64,000 nt of DNA from Anaerolineales bacterium (GTDB taxonomy: Bacteria; Chloroflexota; Anaerolineae; Anaerolineales; UBA6663). The stretch's first letter is position 1; every line of letters starts with the position of its first letter. The stretch lies in contig JAVQXV010000001.1 in NCBI GenBank assembly GCA_033577755.1, forward strand, positions 843 through 64,842, read 5' to 3'. The position numbers and the translations under genes were made by a program. A model generated the notes under the pieces. It was not told where the DNA came from. It saw only the letters and a program-made list of their open reading frames with translations, and searched no databases. Positions 1 through 10,551 of this stretch are shown piece after piece.

Positions 1-266
1 GCACATACACCGGGCGCTGGGAAGCGCGCGACCCGCAGGGTAACCGGTTCGGCGCGCTGGTATTTGTGATGATTGAAGTGATTGCGTTGCCGGCTCAGTC
101 GCCGTGAGCCAAAGCAGGGTTGAGAAGAACTGAAGCAGTGATAGAAAAAACTCGAGCCGCCGCCTGAGGGGATGGAGGCGGTGCACAGGACATCGAGAGG
201 AGGCCGACGTTTAAAGCCAGGTCAGAACGGTATGAACAGGCCGCCGCTCCAATCATGCAGGCATCT

Positions 267-875
267 TCAGGGCCAGGTTTTGCTCTCGAGCACTTCACCC
301 ACGACATTCAGCAACTCAATTCGTCTAACGTGAATTGTGTCCGGGCGCGTGAGAAGGAAGGAGTTGTTCTCTACAGGCGTGGACATGATCACACCATCTG
401 ACCATTCCACGCGAACGGTATCGCTCCCTCTAGCGATGCCATAAGCTATGCTCAATGGGGTGGAATTGCCGCCCACCGTGTAAGCCGCCACGAAGTCCTC
501 CGCTTCACTAATGATGCAATCCGCAGGGGCTACGCCCACCGAGCCCGAAGACTGCGCGCGCCAGCCATAACCCTCCGACGCTACAAAGGTGGCTGCCAGA
601 CAGTACTGCTGTTTCTCAACCGATTTCGGCGTTTGCCACCGATAGAGTATTACGGTCCCCCCTGTCACATCTTGTTGTTGCAGTATCCGGACGGAGCTCT
701 TTGTGAAAGCGCTGGCATTCTCCAGATAACCGGGGTATTCCGTCAGTGCATCGAGAGCGTTGGAATGATACGGGCGACAAGCCGAAAGAAACAACAGGCT
801 CAAGACAACCGCAAAAACATGTGTAAGCCGCTGAAAAAAGGAACCGCAGAGTGTGGCCGACTTATCCCCACACAC
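267..875 (-). CDS. hypothetical lipoprotein
   Basis: 202-aa ORF with GTG start. Hydrophobic N-terminus ends in a lipobox-like LSAC. Lies in a visibly lower-GC patch (about 270-1230). No family recognised. Confidence 0.5.
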   Translation of the reverse strand: MCGDKSATLCGSFFQRLTHVFAVVLSLLFLSACRPYHSNALDALTEYPGYLENASAFTKSSVRILQQQDVTGGTVILYRWQTPKSVEKQQYCLAATFVASEGYGWRAQSSGSVGVAPADCIISEAEDFVAAYTVGGNSTPLSIAYGIARGSDTVRVEWSDGVIMSTPVENNSFLLTRPDTIHVRRIELLNVVGEVLESKTWP

Positions 876-1231
876 TCTGGGACGAACAGCGGGTTTGTTG
901 CGGGAGAGCCACGCATCGATTCGCCAAAAGCTTCGGCAATGTGAGGGCAGAAGCTGCTTTAGCTTTGAGATGGCCGATCTCCTTTAGTGAAATGTCCTAA
1001 GTCTGACCTTCAGCTTACCATGCCAACATCACGGCAACATCACAGATTTGTAACAATCATGTAACAAGCAGATGAGAGTTTCCGAAATGAGCTGTGCAAA
1101 TCGGGCAGTGGTTGATGCCTAACGCCATGAGGCCGCCTAGCCGGCCGCCATGCCAGCTCTTTTTGCCCGAACGGTAAGGCATTCATTCCACCAAGCGCAG
1201 TCCGCGCCCACCGGTCACACCGGCAATTGCG

Positions 1232-1810
1232 CTATGGCGTCGGCGTGGGGATGGGGATGGGGGTGGGGAAGCTGGGGCCGGAAGAGGAGATGAGCGCGAA
1301 CTGCAGGAAGAAGCACAGGCCGAAGAAGGCCATAAAGGCCAGCACACTCAGGATGAAGACGCTGCCACCGGCCAGGCCCACCACACCCAACCAGCGCGCG
1401 CGACCGGGGTCATAGGCGTCTTTGGCCTGCAGCCAGGCAATCAGACCCAGCACCAGCGCAATCAGCGGCAGGAAGTAGTAGAAGCCGCCGCAGGAGAGCA
1501 GCGAGGCCAGGCCGGTGATGGCAGCGGCCAGCGCCATCACGTCGGTGCTGTTGCCCTTGTAGGGGAGATCGGGCCTGGGCGGCGCGGCGGCGGAGCGCTG
1601 GCTGTGGTGGATGCCCTCGGCGTAGCGCTCCGGCGGGGCGACGGCCTTCCCTGCCTGTAGCCACTCGGCCGCGTGGTCGGGGCACAGCCGTTCGCCGCTC
1701 TCCGCATACCACAGGCACGCGCCGCACACGGGCCGCTTGCACACCTCGCAGTGCTCAACGGCCAAACGGTCGGGGTGGCGAAAGCAGGCGGGGCTTGCTG
1801 GCGCGGACAT
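1232..1810 (-). CDS. B-box-type zinc-finger protein with C-terminal multi-TM (DUF4190-like) region
   Basis: N-terminal Cys/His pattern (CFRHP..HCEVC..CGAC..CPDH), then 3-4 hydrophobic helices and a Pro/Thr/Ile tail. No Shine-Dalgarno sequence upstream. Confidence 0.6.
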   Translation of the reverse strand: MSAPASPACFRHPDRLAVEHCEVCKRPVCGACLWYAESGERLCPDHAAEWLQAGKAVAPPERYAEGIHHSQRSAAAPPRPDLPYKGNSTDVMALAAAITGLASLLSCGGFYYFLPLIALVLGLIAWLQAKDAYDPGRARWLGVVGLAGGSVFILSVLAFMAFFGLCFFLQFALISSSGPSFPTPIPIPTPTP

Positions 1811-1932
1811 GGGAAAGGCCGGCGAAGGAGGGAAAGGAAGGAAACGAGGGAAAAGAGGGAAAAGAAGGAAAATAGGGAAAGGAGGGAAGCGAACGGGCGA
1901 TTTCCCGTTTTTCTTTCCTTTCCCTCTTTCCC
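1811..1932. repeat. low-complexity word hairpin (GGGAAAG-type purine arm / CTTTCCC-type pyrimidine arm)
   Basis: Purine-rich word run at 1811-1897. Central stem AACGGG/CCCGTT. Pyrimidine arm at 1901-1932 is an imperfect complement. Fills the ahcY-to-next-gene spacer. Confidence 0.7.
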
Positions 1933-1937
1933 AACAA

Positions 1938-3292
<1,355 letters not shown>

Positions 3293-3297
3293 TTGGG

Positions 3298-4251
3298 CTA
3301 AAACAACTCGTTCAATAGCTCGCTGTCATCGAAGTGCTGGCGGAAGCGCGTCAGGAACTCGGCTAGGGAGAAGTGATGGTTCTGCGTGCCGACCTGTTCC
3401 AGGCAGTACGTGGCGGCCAGCGCGCCCACCTGCCCGCACAACAGCCAGGGCCAACCGGCGGCCACGCCGCGCAGCAGGCCGGCGCGGAAGGCGTCGCCCA
3501 CGCCGGTCGGGTCTTTGATTTCTTTGGCCGGCACAATTGCCACGTCGGTGCGCACGCCCTCGGCGAAGATGGTCGCGCCCTGTTCGCCGCGCGTAATCAC
3601 CAGCACCTGCACGCGCTTCTGCAATTCGGCCTCGTCCCAGCCGAGCATCTTGTGGATCAGACCTGCTTCGTAATCGTTGACGGCCAACATCCATGCGCCG
3701 TCCACGCCTTCGCGCACGTCTTCCTTGCCGGCGCGCGCCAGCTGCTGGCCGGGGTCATAGACGTAGCGCCAGCCCAGCTCCTTGCACTCGCGCACGAACT
3801 TGCGCATGGCGTCCGGCGCATTAGGCGAAATCACCACCAAGTCGGGCTTGCGCTCCAGGTCATAGAGTGATTGCGCCGCCGCATACCTCATCGCCCCCGG
3901 ATAGAAGGAGGCGATTTGGCAGTTGGCGCGGTCGGTGCTGGCGAAGAACGAGGCGGTAAAGGTGCCCGCGATGACCTTGACGGCGCTGCAATCCACGCCG
4001 TGCTTTTCGAGCCAGGCGCGGTACTCGGCGAAGTCCTCGCCGACGGTTCCCATGATGGCCGCCTCGCCGCCGAGCAGCGCATGAGTGAAGGCGATGTTGG
4101 GCGCCGTGCCGCCGCGCTGACGCGTCATCGTCTCCACCAGAAAGCTCAGGCTGAGGTTGTCGAGCTTCTCCGGCAAGATGTGGTCTCTGAAGTAGCCGGG
4201 AAAGGTCATCAGATGATCGTAGGCGATGGAGCCGGTGAACAGGATACGCAT
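3298..4251 (-). CDS. adoK: adenosine kinase (PfkB family)
   Basis: 317 aa. Close resemblance along its length to mycobacterial AdoK (GSIAxDHLMxFPGxF, SLSFLV, DPTGVGDAFRAG). Context between mtnA and ahcY fits. Confidence 0.85.
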   Translation of the reverse strand: MRILFTGSIAYDHLMTFPGYFRDHILPEKLDNLSLSFLVETMTRQRGGTAPNIAFTHALLGGEAAIMGTVGEDFAEYRAWLEKHGVDCSAVKVIAGTFTASFFASTDRANCQIASFYPGAMRYAAAQSLYDLERKPDLVVISPNAPDAMRKFVRECKELGWRYVYDPGQQLARAGKEDVREGVDGAWMLAVNDYEAGLIHKMLGWDEAELQKRVQVLVITRGEQGATIFAEGVRTDVAIVPAKEIKDPTGVGDAFRAGLLRGVAAGWPWLLCGQVGALAATYCLEQVGTQNHHFSLAEFLTRFRQHFDDSELLNELF

Positions 4252-4264
4252 TCGGGGCAGAGAC

Positions 4265-4328
4265 GACTGAAGATTGAAGACTGAAGACCGATGATCGAGA
4301 GCCGGTCTTCGGTCAGTAATCTTCGGTC
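4265..4328. repeat. low-complexity word hairpin (CTGAAGA / TCTTCGG words)
   Basis: 26-nt arms, 4265-4290 and 4303-4328, complementary apart from one 3-nt bulge and two G-U positions. Right arm overlaps the mtnA stop codon. Confidence 0.75.
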
Positions 4329-5373
4329 ATAACTCATTCTTCACCGCGCGCGGCAGGTTCTTTGCGTACGGTGGGCGGACGATTCCATTCTCGGTGACGA
4401 TGGCAGTCAGATAGCGGTGCGGCGTTACGTCGAAGGCCGGGTTGCGGGCGCTGACTCCCTCGGGCGTAGCCGGTTCGCCGGCTACGGCGATGTTTAATAC
4501 TTCGGCGGGGCTGCGTTCTTCGATGGGAATCAGGTCGCCGTGCGCCAGCGCCAGGTCAACGGTCGAAGTGGGCGCGACGCAGTAGAACGGCACGCCGTTT
4601 TCCTTGGCCAGCACGGCAAGCATATACGTGCCGATTTTGTTGGCCACGTCGCCGTTGGCCGCGATACGATCGGCGCCGACGAGGCACAGGTTCACCTGGC
4701 CGCGTCGCATGAAGTAGCCGGCGGCGGAGTCGGAGATCAGGTCGAAAGGGATGCCGGCTTGCTTGAGTTCCCAGGCCGTTAGGCGCGCGCCCTGCAGGCG
4801 CGGGCGCGTCTCGTCCACCAGCACGTGAATCTTCTTGCCCTGAGCATGCGCGGTGAAGATGACGCCGAGCGCGGTGCCGAAATCCACCGTTGCCAGCGCG
4901 CCGGTGTTACAGTGGTGCAGGATGGTGTCGCCGTCCTCCACCAGAGTCGCGCCGAACGCGCCCAGGCGCTTGTTCACTTCCACGTCTTCATCGGCCAGCT
5001 TTTGTGCCTCGTTGAGCAGCGCCTGACGCACATCGTCGGCGCTCTCCAGGTCTTCGTTGACGGCGACGCGCATCAAACGGTCTACCGCCCAGGCCAGATT
5101 GACGGCGGTGGGCCGCGCTGCCTTGAGCACCTGTGCCGCCTCTTCGAGGTCGCGCAGCAGCTGGAGGCGGTTGGCGGCCTTGCTCTCGAAGCCGGCCAGT
5201 GCCAGCCCGAAGGCTGCCGCCGCGCCAATGGCGGGCGCGCCGCGCACCACCATCTCCTGAATGGCGCGGGCGACGTCGCGGTAGGAGTAGAAGACCGGCG
5301 TTTCGAAGCGACCGGGCAGAAGACGTTGGTCAATCATCCGCACGCCGTGGTTGTACCATTCGACGGTTCGCAT
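4327..5373 (-). CDS. mtnA: S-methyl-5-thioribose-1-phosphate isomerase
   Basis: 348 aa, eIF-2B alpha/beta/delta-like MtnA signature ([40 protein letters not shown]). GAGGA lies 7 nt upstream of the ATG. Confidence 0.9.
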   Translation of the reverse strand: MRTVEWYNHGVRMIDQRLLPGRFETPVFYSYRDVARAIQEMVVRGAPAIGAAAAFGLALAGFESKAANRLQLLRDLEEAAQVLKAARPTAVNLAWAVDRLMRVAVNEDLESADDVRQALLNEAQKLADEDVEVNKRLGAFGATLVEDGDTILHHCNTGALATVDFGTALGVIFTAHAQGKKIHVLVDETRPRLQGARLTAWELKQAGIPFDLISDSAAGYFMRRGQVNLCLVGADRIAANGDVANKIGTYMLAVLAKENGVPFYCVAPTSTVDLALAHGDLIPIEERSPAEVLNIAVAGEPATPEGVSARNPAFDVTPHRYLTAIVTENGIVRPPYAKNLPRAVKNEL

Positions 5374-5408
5374 CGGATATATCCTCGGCTCTCTCGAAGG
5401 GCAGGCGC

Positions 5409-5437
5409 ATAAAAAACGCTCTCGCGTCGAGAGCGTG
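5409..5437 (-). terminator. intrinsic-terminator-like hairpin plus U-run in the mtnA leader / downstream of the methyltransferase gene
   Basis: On the minus strand: ACGCTCTCG-acg-CGAGAGCGT followed by TTTTTTAT. Lies 49 nt after the upstream stop codon and 36 nt before the mtnA ATG. Confidence 0.6.
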
Positions 5438-5456
5438 CTCCATTCGAGCGATGCCG

Positions 5457-5465
5457 ATTATAACA
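5457..5465 (-). promoter_or_regulatory. extended -10 promoter element TGTTATAAT
   Basis: Exact TGnTATAAT on the minus strand, about 20 nt upstream of the hairpin at 5409-5437. No clear -35. Confidence 0.45.
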
Positions 5466-5485
5466 GAGAGCAAGGCGAAACGGTC

Positions 5486-6241
5486 TTAAGTTTTGAAGGC
5501 GGTGATGAGGCAGAACGGCAGATGCGCTACGCGCGCCCGGCCGGAGTTTTGGGCGTCGGCGTGCGCGGCCTGTTCGACGCGGGTCTGCTCGCCTGCGGTG
5601 AGCGGCAGGCCGCGCAGGAAGTCGAAGCGGGCAGGGTCGGGAGGGCGCAGTTCGGGCAGCAGGTCTACGCGCACGCGGAAGCCGCGCGCCTCCAGCTGTC
5701 CGGGCAGCTTGCGCCCGATGAACGGGTCGGCGCCGGCACGCGCGAGGGCTGCGATCCATATGTCGCGCACGGCGATTTCCGGCGGATGTTCGATCAGGCC
5801 ACCGTAATCCGGTTCCAGCGCCACCAGTGCGCCCTCGGCACGCAGCACGCGGGCGATTTCGTCCAGCACGACTTCTGCCGGTTGCATCCACAACAGCGCG
5901 CATTGACAAAAGACGAGGTCGAAGGTGAGGGAGGGGAAGGGGAGGCGCAGCGCATCCGCGCAGACGCGCCCTGCGCCGGCAAACGCTGCGGGGTCTGCGC
6001 GCAGCACGGCGAAGGCGAGGTCGAGCGCCGTGACCGCTCCGCCGGCGCGGCGCACCAGCTCGCCGGTGACTGCGCCGCTACCCGCACCGAGATCGAGCAC
6101 GCGACCGCGTCGCGCGATGGCCGCCCGCCGCAGCAGACGCGCGCGGGCCGGCGCCAGCCATTTCGCCTGAATGCGGAGCAGATCGGCGCCCGGATTCGGG
6201 TAACGAAGGTTTGCAAGAGTCATTGCCGATTTCGAATGCAT
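5486..6241 (-). CDS. class I SAM-dependent methyltransferase
   Basis: 251 aa. Motif I VLDLGAGSGAVTG, followed by acidic D after a beta-strand (ALDLA). Confidence 0.8.
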   Translation of the reverse strand: MHSKSAMTLANLRYPNPGADLLRIQAKWLAPARARLLRRAAIARRGRVLDLGAGSGAVTGELVRRAGGAVTALDLAFAVLRADPAAFAGAGRVCADALRLPFPSLTFDLVFCQCALLWMQPAEVVLDEIARVLRAEGALVALEPDYGGLIEHPPEIAVRDIWIAALARAGADPFIGRKLPGQLEARGFRVRVDLLPELRPPDPARFDFLRGLPLTAGEQTRVEQAAHADAQNSGRARVAHLPFCLITAFKT

Positions 6242-6502
6242 CCCGGCGGCAAGCGTCTTTGAGCGATCATAGCAGATCGGAAAAGCTCGTCGGAGAGCAA
6301 AGTTCTTCCTCGATTCTGAACTGCAAAAATATTGTGATGGGCGTCAAACCGGAACCGGTATTCACCGGGCAAAGTTGGGGTCAAAGGCAGCGTTGGCTTG
6401 AGCACACAGAGAAATCTAAAACACTACTCCGTGACTCTGTGTCTCTGTGACGAACCCCAAGAGCATAGTCAGTCGCCGGCAGCAAGGTGACAGGGCCGTT
6501 GG

Positions 6503-6585
6503 CCACAGAGAATGCGGAGCGCGCAGCGCTCTTTCTTGGATTATTTCTCCGCGCACTCTGCGATCTCGGCGGTGAAATAATTTAT
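6503..6585 (+). repeat. R2-family repeat, 5'-truncated copy
   Basis: Aligns by eye to R2 copies (GAGCGCAG..TTGGATTATTTCTCCGCGCACTCTGCGATCTCGGCGGTGAAAT). Lacks the CACTGAAAAAA end. Confidence 0.6.
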
Positions 6586-6607
6586 GCTTAGCTGCTCGGC
6601 TAAAGCA

Positions 6608-7438
6608 TCAGGGTCGCTCGCCGCTCGCCAGCCGCTTCTCAATCTCATCCAGCACAGGCAGGCAATCGGCGACCGAATCCACGACGTAGTGCGCGCCGGC
6701 CTGATACAACTTTTGATAAATGGGTGTCAAGCGCCGGCGGCGCGCTTCGGGCGAGAGCGCAGCGACTTCGGCCTCCGTCAGGCCAAGCTCGTTGCCGGTC
6801 AGCGCCACGCCCACCGTCCACATCCCGGCATTCAGCCCTTCCTCGATGTCCGGCACAGTGTCGCCGATTTTGACCATTGCCTCCATCGGATAGACGTTCA
6901 AACGCATCGCGTTCTGAAAGGCCATCCACGGGTAAGGGCGACCGGCAGGGACATCCGTCGAGCAAACCCAGGCATCGGGGGCGTAGCCGCGCCGCGCTGC
7001 CTCGGGGGCGAGCACTTCCATCATCTCGCGTGTATAGCCCGTAGTCGAGCCGATCTTCAGGCCGCGCCGGCGCAGTTCCGCAACCGTCTCGACCACGCCG
7101 GGGATGGGTGCGGCATAGTCGGCCAGCACGGCGACCTGCAACGGCACGAACTCGGCGAACATGGCTTCGATGTCGGCTTCGGCGGGCGGGCGGCCGTGCA
7201 CGGCCTGCCACTGCGCGGCTACTTCCGGCAGCTGCGTCAGCGCGCGGATGTGGTCGCGTTTCATCAACCCCATCGGGCCGCGTGCCTGTTCGATGGTGAC
7301 GGTGACGCCGTGTGCGGCGAAGACACGGATGAACGGCGCGGTGGGCGAGAAGCAGCCGTAATCCACGGTGGTTCCGGCCCAATCGAAGAGGACGGCTTGG
7401 AGCGGGCCACAGTAGCTGCGGCGAAAATGGAAGTTCAT
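6608..7438 (-). CDS. phnX: phosphonoacetaldehyde hydrolase (phosphonatase)
   Basis: 276 aa. HAD motif I DWAGTTVDYGC, plus KPMGL, GSTTGYTREMM, PAGRPYPWM and GDTVxD, as in characterised PhnX. Confidence 0.9.
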   Translation of the reverse strand: MNFHFRRSYCGPLQAVLFDWAGTTVDYGCFSPTAPFIRVFAAHGVTVTIEQARGPMGLMKRDHIRALTQLPEVAAQWQAVHGRPPAEADIEAMFAEFVPLQVAVLADYAAPIPGVVETVAELRRRGLKIGSTTGYTREMMEVLAPEAARRGYAPDAWVCSTDVPAGRPYPWMAFQNAMRLNVYPMEAMVKIGDTVPDIEEGLNAGMWTVGVALTGNELGLTEAEVAALSPEARRRRLTPIYQKLYQAGAHYVVDSVADCLPVLDEIEKRLASGERP

Positions 7439-7450
7439 AGAAGTGTTGCC

Positions 7451-8578
7451 TCAATTCGACAGTTGGCTGACGATTTCTTCGGCCAGACCGAAGGCCAGCG
7501 TCATGCCCAGGCCGTTGGTGTTCTGCACCAGCGTAATGCCCGGCTCGGGCTGAATGACCAGTTCGCTCTGTCCGGCCAATTTGGCATAGAAGCCGTGCCA
7601 GCGCTCGGCAATGGTGAGGTCCGGGACGCGCGCAAAGGTCGCCAGGTAGTTCAAGATTAGTTGATTGGCACGTTCGCTATCGAAAGGGTCGAAGGTCAGC
7701 CCGTACTCGTGCGTGTCGCCGATGACCAGCTCGCCGAGCGCGTTCTGCGCCAGCAAAACGTGGATGCCCCACTGCGTATGCTCGGGCAGCTCGCGCGCCA
7801 GCCGCTCGCGCAACGCGGTGACAGACGGGCAGGCGGCGAAATTATCGTAGCGTGCCAGAGTCAGCCCGGCGGCCAGCGTGGGGCCAAGCCGCCAGCCGGC
7901 CGGCTGCGGCACGGTGCGCATCATTTGCAGCTTACACCGGATGAGTCCACTCTCCGCCAGAACGCGGGGATAGAGCGTCTCGAAGTCCGGCCCACTGCAC
8001 ACGAAGACGTGCCCCACCGTCCAGCGTTCGGATGGCGTTTCCAGATGAGGGAAGGCCAGGCCGTTGATCGGGGCGCCGAAGCGCAGGATGACGCCGTACT
8101 CGCGCGCCAGCCAGTCCGGCAGCTTGCGAATGGCCTCGCGCGGATCAACGGTTAGCTCTGTGGCGCTAAACAGGCCGGCGCGCAGCCCTTCCGTCACGAC
8201 GGCGGGGGAGCGCGCCGCACATTCATCCGGGGTCAGCAGTTCGTAAGGCCCCTTGGCCTGTGCAAAGAACTCTTGCAACACGGCCTCTTCGTCGGCGTGA
8301 TAGGCGAGGAAGAGCGCGCCGTTCTCGGCGCAGGCAAAGCCCGCCCGCGCAGCCAGCTCGCGCCAGACCTGCCGGCTGAACAGGGCGCGCTCGTACAGCG
8401 GCGTCAGTGCCAGCGCGACAGGCCAGGGCAGGCCGAAGTTGCGCACCGAAGCGCCGACCGCACGCTGGTTGCGCTCGAACAGGACAACGCGCCGGCCGCG
8501 CCGGGCGGCGGCGTACGCATGGGCCAGCCCGAGGATGCCCGCGCCGATTACGGCCACATCGGCATGATGCTGTTTCAC
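7451..8578 (-). CDS. FAD-dependent oxidoreductase of the phosphonate-cluster type (TIGR03364-like)
   Basis: 375 aa. N-terminal dinucleotide fold VIGAGILGLAHAY..ERN..GASVRNFG. Sits between phnX and the ABC importer. Confidence 0.8.
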   Translation of the reverse strand: MKQHHADVAVIGAGILGLAHAYAAARRGRRVVLFERNQRAVGASVRNFGLPWPVALALTPLYERALFSRQVWRELAARAGFACAENGALFLAYHADEEAVLQEFFAQAKGPYELLTPDECAARSPAVVTEGLRAGLFSATELTVDPREAIRKLPDWLAREYGVILRFGAPINGLAFPHLETPSERWTVGHVFVCSGPDFETLYPRVLAESGLIRCKLQMMRTVPQPAGWRLGPTLAAGLTLARYDNFAACPSVTALRERLARELPEHTQWGIHVLLAQNALGELVIGDTHEYGLTFDPFDSERANQLILNYLATFARVPDLTIAERWHGFYAKLAGQSELVIQPEPGITLVQNTNGLGMTLAFGLAEEIVSQLSN

Positions 8579-8656
8579 TTTGGCGACGGTCTTTCTGGGA
8601 AACGGGGCAACACGTGTTTCCTTGCCCGAAACGCGCGTCGGCGGAAGTTTACCATG

Positions 8657-9733
8657 TCACTGCGGGCCGGCCCCATTGGAATAGGCCATCACCCAACAAG
8701 CATGTGGCGGGAAGGAGATGGTGTGGGTCTGGCCGACCTCGGGCAGCTTGAGCTGTCGCTCGTTGAACAGGTCGAGGGTGAGGGTCGTATCCCCGTGACG
8801 CAGCTGCACGCGCACCACTGCACCTAGGAAGCTGACGCTTTGCACCGTGCCGATGAGCTGATTGGGGCCGCCATCCGCGCCCAGACGCAGTTCCTCCGGG
8901 CGGAGCATCAACATGACTTCCGTTCCGTTGGCCTCCGCCAGCGGCGCCGGCACACGGAACGTCTGGCCGTTGTGGCGCAGCAATCCGCCGGCGGCATCCA
9001 CCACGGTACAACGCAGCCGGTTGAGCGTGCCGACGAACGAGGCCACGAACGGCGTGCGCGGGTAGTTGTAAATCTCGAAGGGCGGGCCGACCTGCTCGAT
9101 GAGGCCCTTGCTCATCACCACCACCCGGTCGGAGATGGACATGGCCTCTTCCTGGTCGTGGGTGACGAAGACGGTGGTGATGCCAAGCTGACGCTGGATG
9201 CGGCGAATCTCGTCGCGCACTTCGGCGCGCACCTTGGCATCGAGTGCAGAGAGCGGCTCATCCAGCAGGAGCAGCTCCGGCTGAATGGCCAGCGCGCGGG
9301 CGAGCGCCACGCGCTGCTGCTGACCGCCGGAAAGCTGGTATGGGTAGCGCCCGCCAAGGCCGGTCAGGCGCACCAGCTCCAGCATCTCCTGCACGCGCGC
9401 CTCGACCTCCCGTTTGGGTTTGCCCGCCACGCGCAGCCCAAAGGCGATGTTGCCCGCTGCCGTCATGTTCGGGAAGAGCGCGTAACTCTGAAAGACCATG
9501 CCGATGTTGCGCTTGTTGGGCGGGACGCGTGTGACGTCGCGCCCGTTGATGATGATACGGCCGGCGGTCGGCGTCTCGAAGCCGGCAATCATGCGCAGCA
9601 CAGTTGTCTTGCCGCAGCCGCTCGGCCCGAGCAACGAGACGAATTCGCCGCGTTGCAGGCTGAGCGAGAAATCCTGCACGGCCACCGTAACGCCGAAGGT
9701 TTTATGAACGTGGTCAAGCTGAAGCGATGTCAT
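8657..9733 (-). CDS. ABC transporter ATP-binding protein (PhnT/PotA-like)
   Basis: Walker A GPSGCGKTT, signature LSGGQQQR, Walker B LLLDEP, C-terminal TOBE-like region. Confidence 0.9.
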   Translation of the reverse strand: MTSLQLDHVHKTFGVTVAVQDFSLSLQRGEFVSLLGPSGCGKTTVLRMIAGFETPTAGRIIINGRDVTRVPPNKRNIGMVFQSYALFPNMTAAGNIAFGLRVAGKPKREVEARVQEMLELVRLTGLGGRYPYQLSGGQQQRVALARALAIQPELLLLDEPLSALDAKVRAEVRDEIRRIQRQLGITTVFVTHDQEEAMSISDRVVVMSKGLIEQVGPPFEIYNYPRTPFVASFVGTLNRLRCTVVDAAGGLLRHNGQTFRVPAPLAEANGTEVMLMLRPEELRLGADGGPNQLIGTVQSVSFLGAVVRVQLRHGDTTLTLDLFNERQLKLPEVGQTHTISFPPHACWVMAYSNGAGPQ

Positions 9734-9739
9734 AGTTGC

Positions 9740-10543
9740 TTAGCGCACCGCCGCGGCCTGGCTGCGGTCGCGCGCGCCGCGGGCGAACACATCAATTAGG
9801 GCCAGCGAGGCCCAGGTGAGTGCATAGCTAATGATGGCGAGGGCCGCCGGCTCGTAGGCGCGGAATGCGCCCAGCTGCACCATGTACGGCCCGAAGGCGG
9901 GTCGCGCCAAGAACGCCGCCAAGATCAGTTCACCCACCACCATCGCAAAGGTGATGAGCGCGCCGCTGATAGCAGCGCCACGCAGGTTCGGGAAGATCAC
10001 TTGCCACAGGATGGTCGGCCAGCCTGCGCCCAGGCTCTGCGCAGCCTCGGTCAACGTGCGCACGTCAATGGCGCGTAGGCCGGAGTCCACGGCACGGTAC
10101 ATGTAAGGCAAGGCCAGCACCATATAGCCGCCCACCAGCAGGATGTCGGTGGTGAACGGCGAGCCGGTGAGTGCCAGCGGCGGACGGCTGTAGGTGCGAA
10201 TCAGGCCGAAGACCAGCACCACCGCCGGGATGACGAAGGGCAGCAGCGTAATCAACTCGATGATGGGCCGCCAGTGCGGCAGTTTCAGGTTCACCCAGTA
10301 GGCGGTCGGCATGATCAAGGCCAGGCTCAGGACAATGGTCAGCAGCGCGCGCTGGGTGGAAAACAGGAAGGTTTCGACAAAGCGCGTATCGGCGAAGACG
10401 CTTTCGTATGCCTTGAAGCCGATGACGCCGCGCTCGGCGCGCAGCGAGAAATCCAGCGTGCCGTAGATGGGCAGCAGGAAGAAAGCCGCTCCGAGAAGGA
10501 CGATGACCCAGGCCAGCAAGTTAGGGCGACGGTTGGATGGCAT
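9740..10543 (-). CDS. ABC transporter permease (PhnV/PotC-like)
   Basis: Start trimmed to the internal ATG (MPSNRRPNLLAW...). The 110-aa upstream extension in the ORF track overlaps the neighbouring permease gene. Six hydrophobic helices and an EAA-like loop. Confidence 0.85.
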   Translation of the reverse strand: MPSNRRPNLLAWVIVLLGAAFFLLPIYGTLDFSLRAERGVIGFKAYESVFADTRFVETFLFSTQRALLTIVLSLALIMPTAYWVNLKLPHWRPIIELITLLPFVIPAVVLVFGLIRTYSRPPLALTGSPFTTDILLVGGYMVLALPYMYRAVDSGLRAIDVRTLTEAAQSLGAGWPTILWQVIFPNLRGAAISGALITFAMVVGELILAAFLARPAFGPYMVQLGAFRAYEPAALAIISYALTWASLALIDVFARGARDRSQAAAVR

Positions 10544-10551
10544 ACGGGTTT

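Noticed and set aside
1-107. Possible 3' end of a plus-strand CDS entering from the left edge (...TYTGRWEARDPQGNRFGALVFVMIEVIALPAQSP*).
   Set aside because: Only 35 codons, no recognisable family and no start codon in the window. Too little evidence to report as a feature.
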